Source: Lama guanicoe (taxonomy: Eukaryota). From it: a stretch of 64,000 nucleotides of DNA. Below are positions 61,850 through 64,000 of the stretch, in pieces (the stretch's first letter is position 1; each line of letters starts with the position of its first letter). The notes below the pieces were generated by a model. That model made no database searches. It saw nothing but the letters and a program-made list of their open reading frames with translations, and was not told the DNA's origin. The stretch lies in NCBI GenBank assembly GCA_013239625.1, contig MU053482.1:3495922-3559921 (forward strand). Reading direction: 5' to 3'. The position numbers and the translations under genes are program-made.

Positions 61850-63793
61850 CTGCAAGGAAGGAGAGTGTGAGCACACGGGGCACTTGGAGGAAAGGCTCAT
61901 CGGTACTCTTTGAGCCAGGCTCTTTGGGCTGGGGGACCAATCAGATGTGACTCTGCCCTCTAAGAGTTTGTGGTCTGGGATGTGAGCTGAGGGGGCGCTC
62001 AGGTACCTGCACTCAAGGAGAACGAGAACAAGTCCAGCTACTAAGCCTCAGGAATGAGAGGGCAGAGTTATCTTTGCTTGCAGGGAGTGGGCTGGGGAGG
62101 CTTCATGAGATGGACTGATGTGCTCTGGGGTGTGGGCAGCATCTGGGAACACAGATAAGGGCAGGAGGGACAATGCAGAACATGCAGGCCAGGGAACTCC
62201 AAGAGCTAAGGTCCAGACACAGGACATCATGGAGCTTGTATCTAGGTGAAGCTTTACCTTCCAGACAGAATCCTTTGGAGAGGGAAAAGGAAGGGGTGTC
62301 ATTGAGAATTATGCTGGGATAATAGACATATACCAGAACTGTCTGGAAAAATCAGAAGAGTACAGGTCACCTACTTATGCAGGAATCAGCAAGTGGTTGG
62401 GTTTGTTCATAAGAAGAAAGGGTAAGTTAGGGCTGGGCTATGAAGGACCTCAAATACTAGACTAAGGAATTTGGATTTATTCTGAAGGAATAGGGGAGCC
62501 ATCGAATGTCTTAAAATGGCATAATCGGGTTACCTGTGGAGACTAGACTAAAGGGAGTGAGAGCAACAAGGAAAGAGAGGACCAGTGCCTGAACTAGTCC
62601 AGTGGAACCAGAAAGAATGGTGAGGACCCAGACACAGAAGCTACCAGGAGCAGGGTGAAGACAGAAGTGAGCAGTGCATGGGCTGAGAAACACATTTGGG
62701 AAGGCTGCACAGAACAAGGAAGATTCTTCTCTGCTGATACTCCTTGGATCCCTCAGAGAGACATGTTCAGTGACCATCCCCGGGAAAAAGTCCCCGTAGT
62801 CCTGAGCTGAGATCAGCCACTTCCCTAGAGCTCTCTCTCCCTTTGTTATTCCTCCAGCTGGAGCAGCTTCCTGGGTGCTGATGTTGAGTTAGGTGTCCCT
62901 TCCCCTGAAGAGCAGAGGTGGGACAGCCCAGTGGCTTGTCTTTCCTTTGTTCTATGAGAACCAGGAATACCCCTGCCATGCAAGCAGTGCAGCAGGACAT
63001 GGGTCCATGGTAACAGCAGCAGAAGTAACATCTAGGTGATTTACAAGTATCACAACAGCCCTTAAATGGCACACATTGTCATCATCCACATCTGGAGAAG
63101 CTTGAGCACAGAGAGCTTGGTAACTGACCAGAGGTCACACAGTGAATCCTGGTAGAGCTGGGATTAGAACTCAGGCAGTCTGACCCACAACCCTGTGCTG
63201 GATCGGGGTGGTGCCAGGTGTGCTTCAGGACTTCAAAGTGGTTGCAAGGGAGCCAGACGTGGGCCTGCACTCCAGCTTTGCCCCTCACTAGTGTTATTAC
63301 CTTTCTGAGACTTCACATCTTCATCCATAAAGATAGTTACTTCACAGGGTTGCTGGGAGGATTCATGAAACAAACTAGCTTTTCCTAAAGCATGTTTTGC
63401 CAAATACTAGTCCCATGGGAAGTGAATAGGTATTTCATGAGGAAAAATAAAAGGTTGAATGGGGTTACTCAAATACATTTGAGAAATATATAGATAACGT
63501 TAAACAGGCTTTTTCATTATAGGACTTCTCAAACCTTTGATTATACCAACGTGTGTTAGAAATCTCCAAGAAAGGAAGCTAGTACACAGCAGCTCCCAAG
63601 TGTATGGGTTCACAGAAACCTTTCCCAGGGAGCATCCTGAGAATTTGGCGGTCCACCAAAAATACTCTGAAAAAAACAACATGTACATAGGATGTCTGGC
63701 ACAAGAGCCGCCATCAGTAAGTTAACCATCAAGATCTGTGGTTGTCGCTGCTTGCACTGCTGCTCCAGTGACTGCAGGCGGGGCGGAGCTCAC

Positions 63794-63925
63794 CTGGCGG
63801 ACGGCCCCCACCATCTCAGCCCGACTGGAGAGTCGGGCAGCCAGGCGGTGCAGGACAGCAATGTCTTCCAGCAGTTTCTGGTAGGTCTCGCGGTGCTCAC
63901 AGTGGTGCCAGAGTGAAGCTGAGGA
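63794..63925 (-). CDS. IRAG1: IRAG1 coding exon (coiled-coil region); gene continues beyond the right edge of the window
   Basis: 132 nt, phase 0-0; [44 protein letters not shown]. Confidence 0.96.
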
Positions 63926-64000
63926 CTGAGGAGTGAGAAGGAACATCACCCGGGGTCCTCACAGGCCAAGATTCGACTTGGGCTGTCACAAGACGAGCCC

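Overview
This is mammalian genomic DNA, most likely camelid, judged from a tRNA-derived SINE resembling the camelid Vic-1 family and from artiodactyl-type L1 3' ends. It matches the RNF141-LYVE1-IRAG1 (MRVI1) locus, with all three genes on the minus strand. From left to right the window holds: (1) intron 1, non-coding exon 1 and the CpG-island promoter of a gene that synteny identifies as RNF141 (no RNF141 coding sequence was seen); (2) a repeat-rich intergenic region; (3) the complete six-coding-exon LYVE1 gene (85+172+140+312+79+187 = 975 nt, 324 aa, all introns GT-AG); (4) a decayed two-LTR MaLR element; and (5) the last eight coding exons and ~3.1 kb 3' UTR of IRAG1. Most ORFs in the track are chance ORFs in introns or repeats. 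I found no convincing new multi-gene system. The best leads are a sense-oriented solo LTR with a poly(A) signal downstream of the LYVE1 Link-domain exons, an apparently perfect 394-bp tandem duplication, LYVE1 uORFs, and MARE and DR1 motifs near LYVE1. Repeat family names and boundaries were assigned by eye and are approximate.
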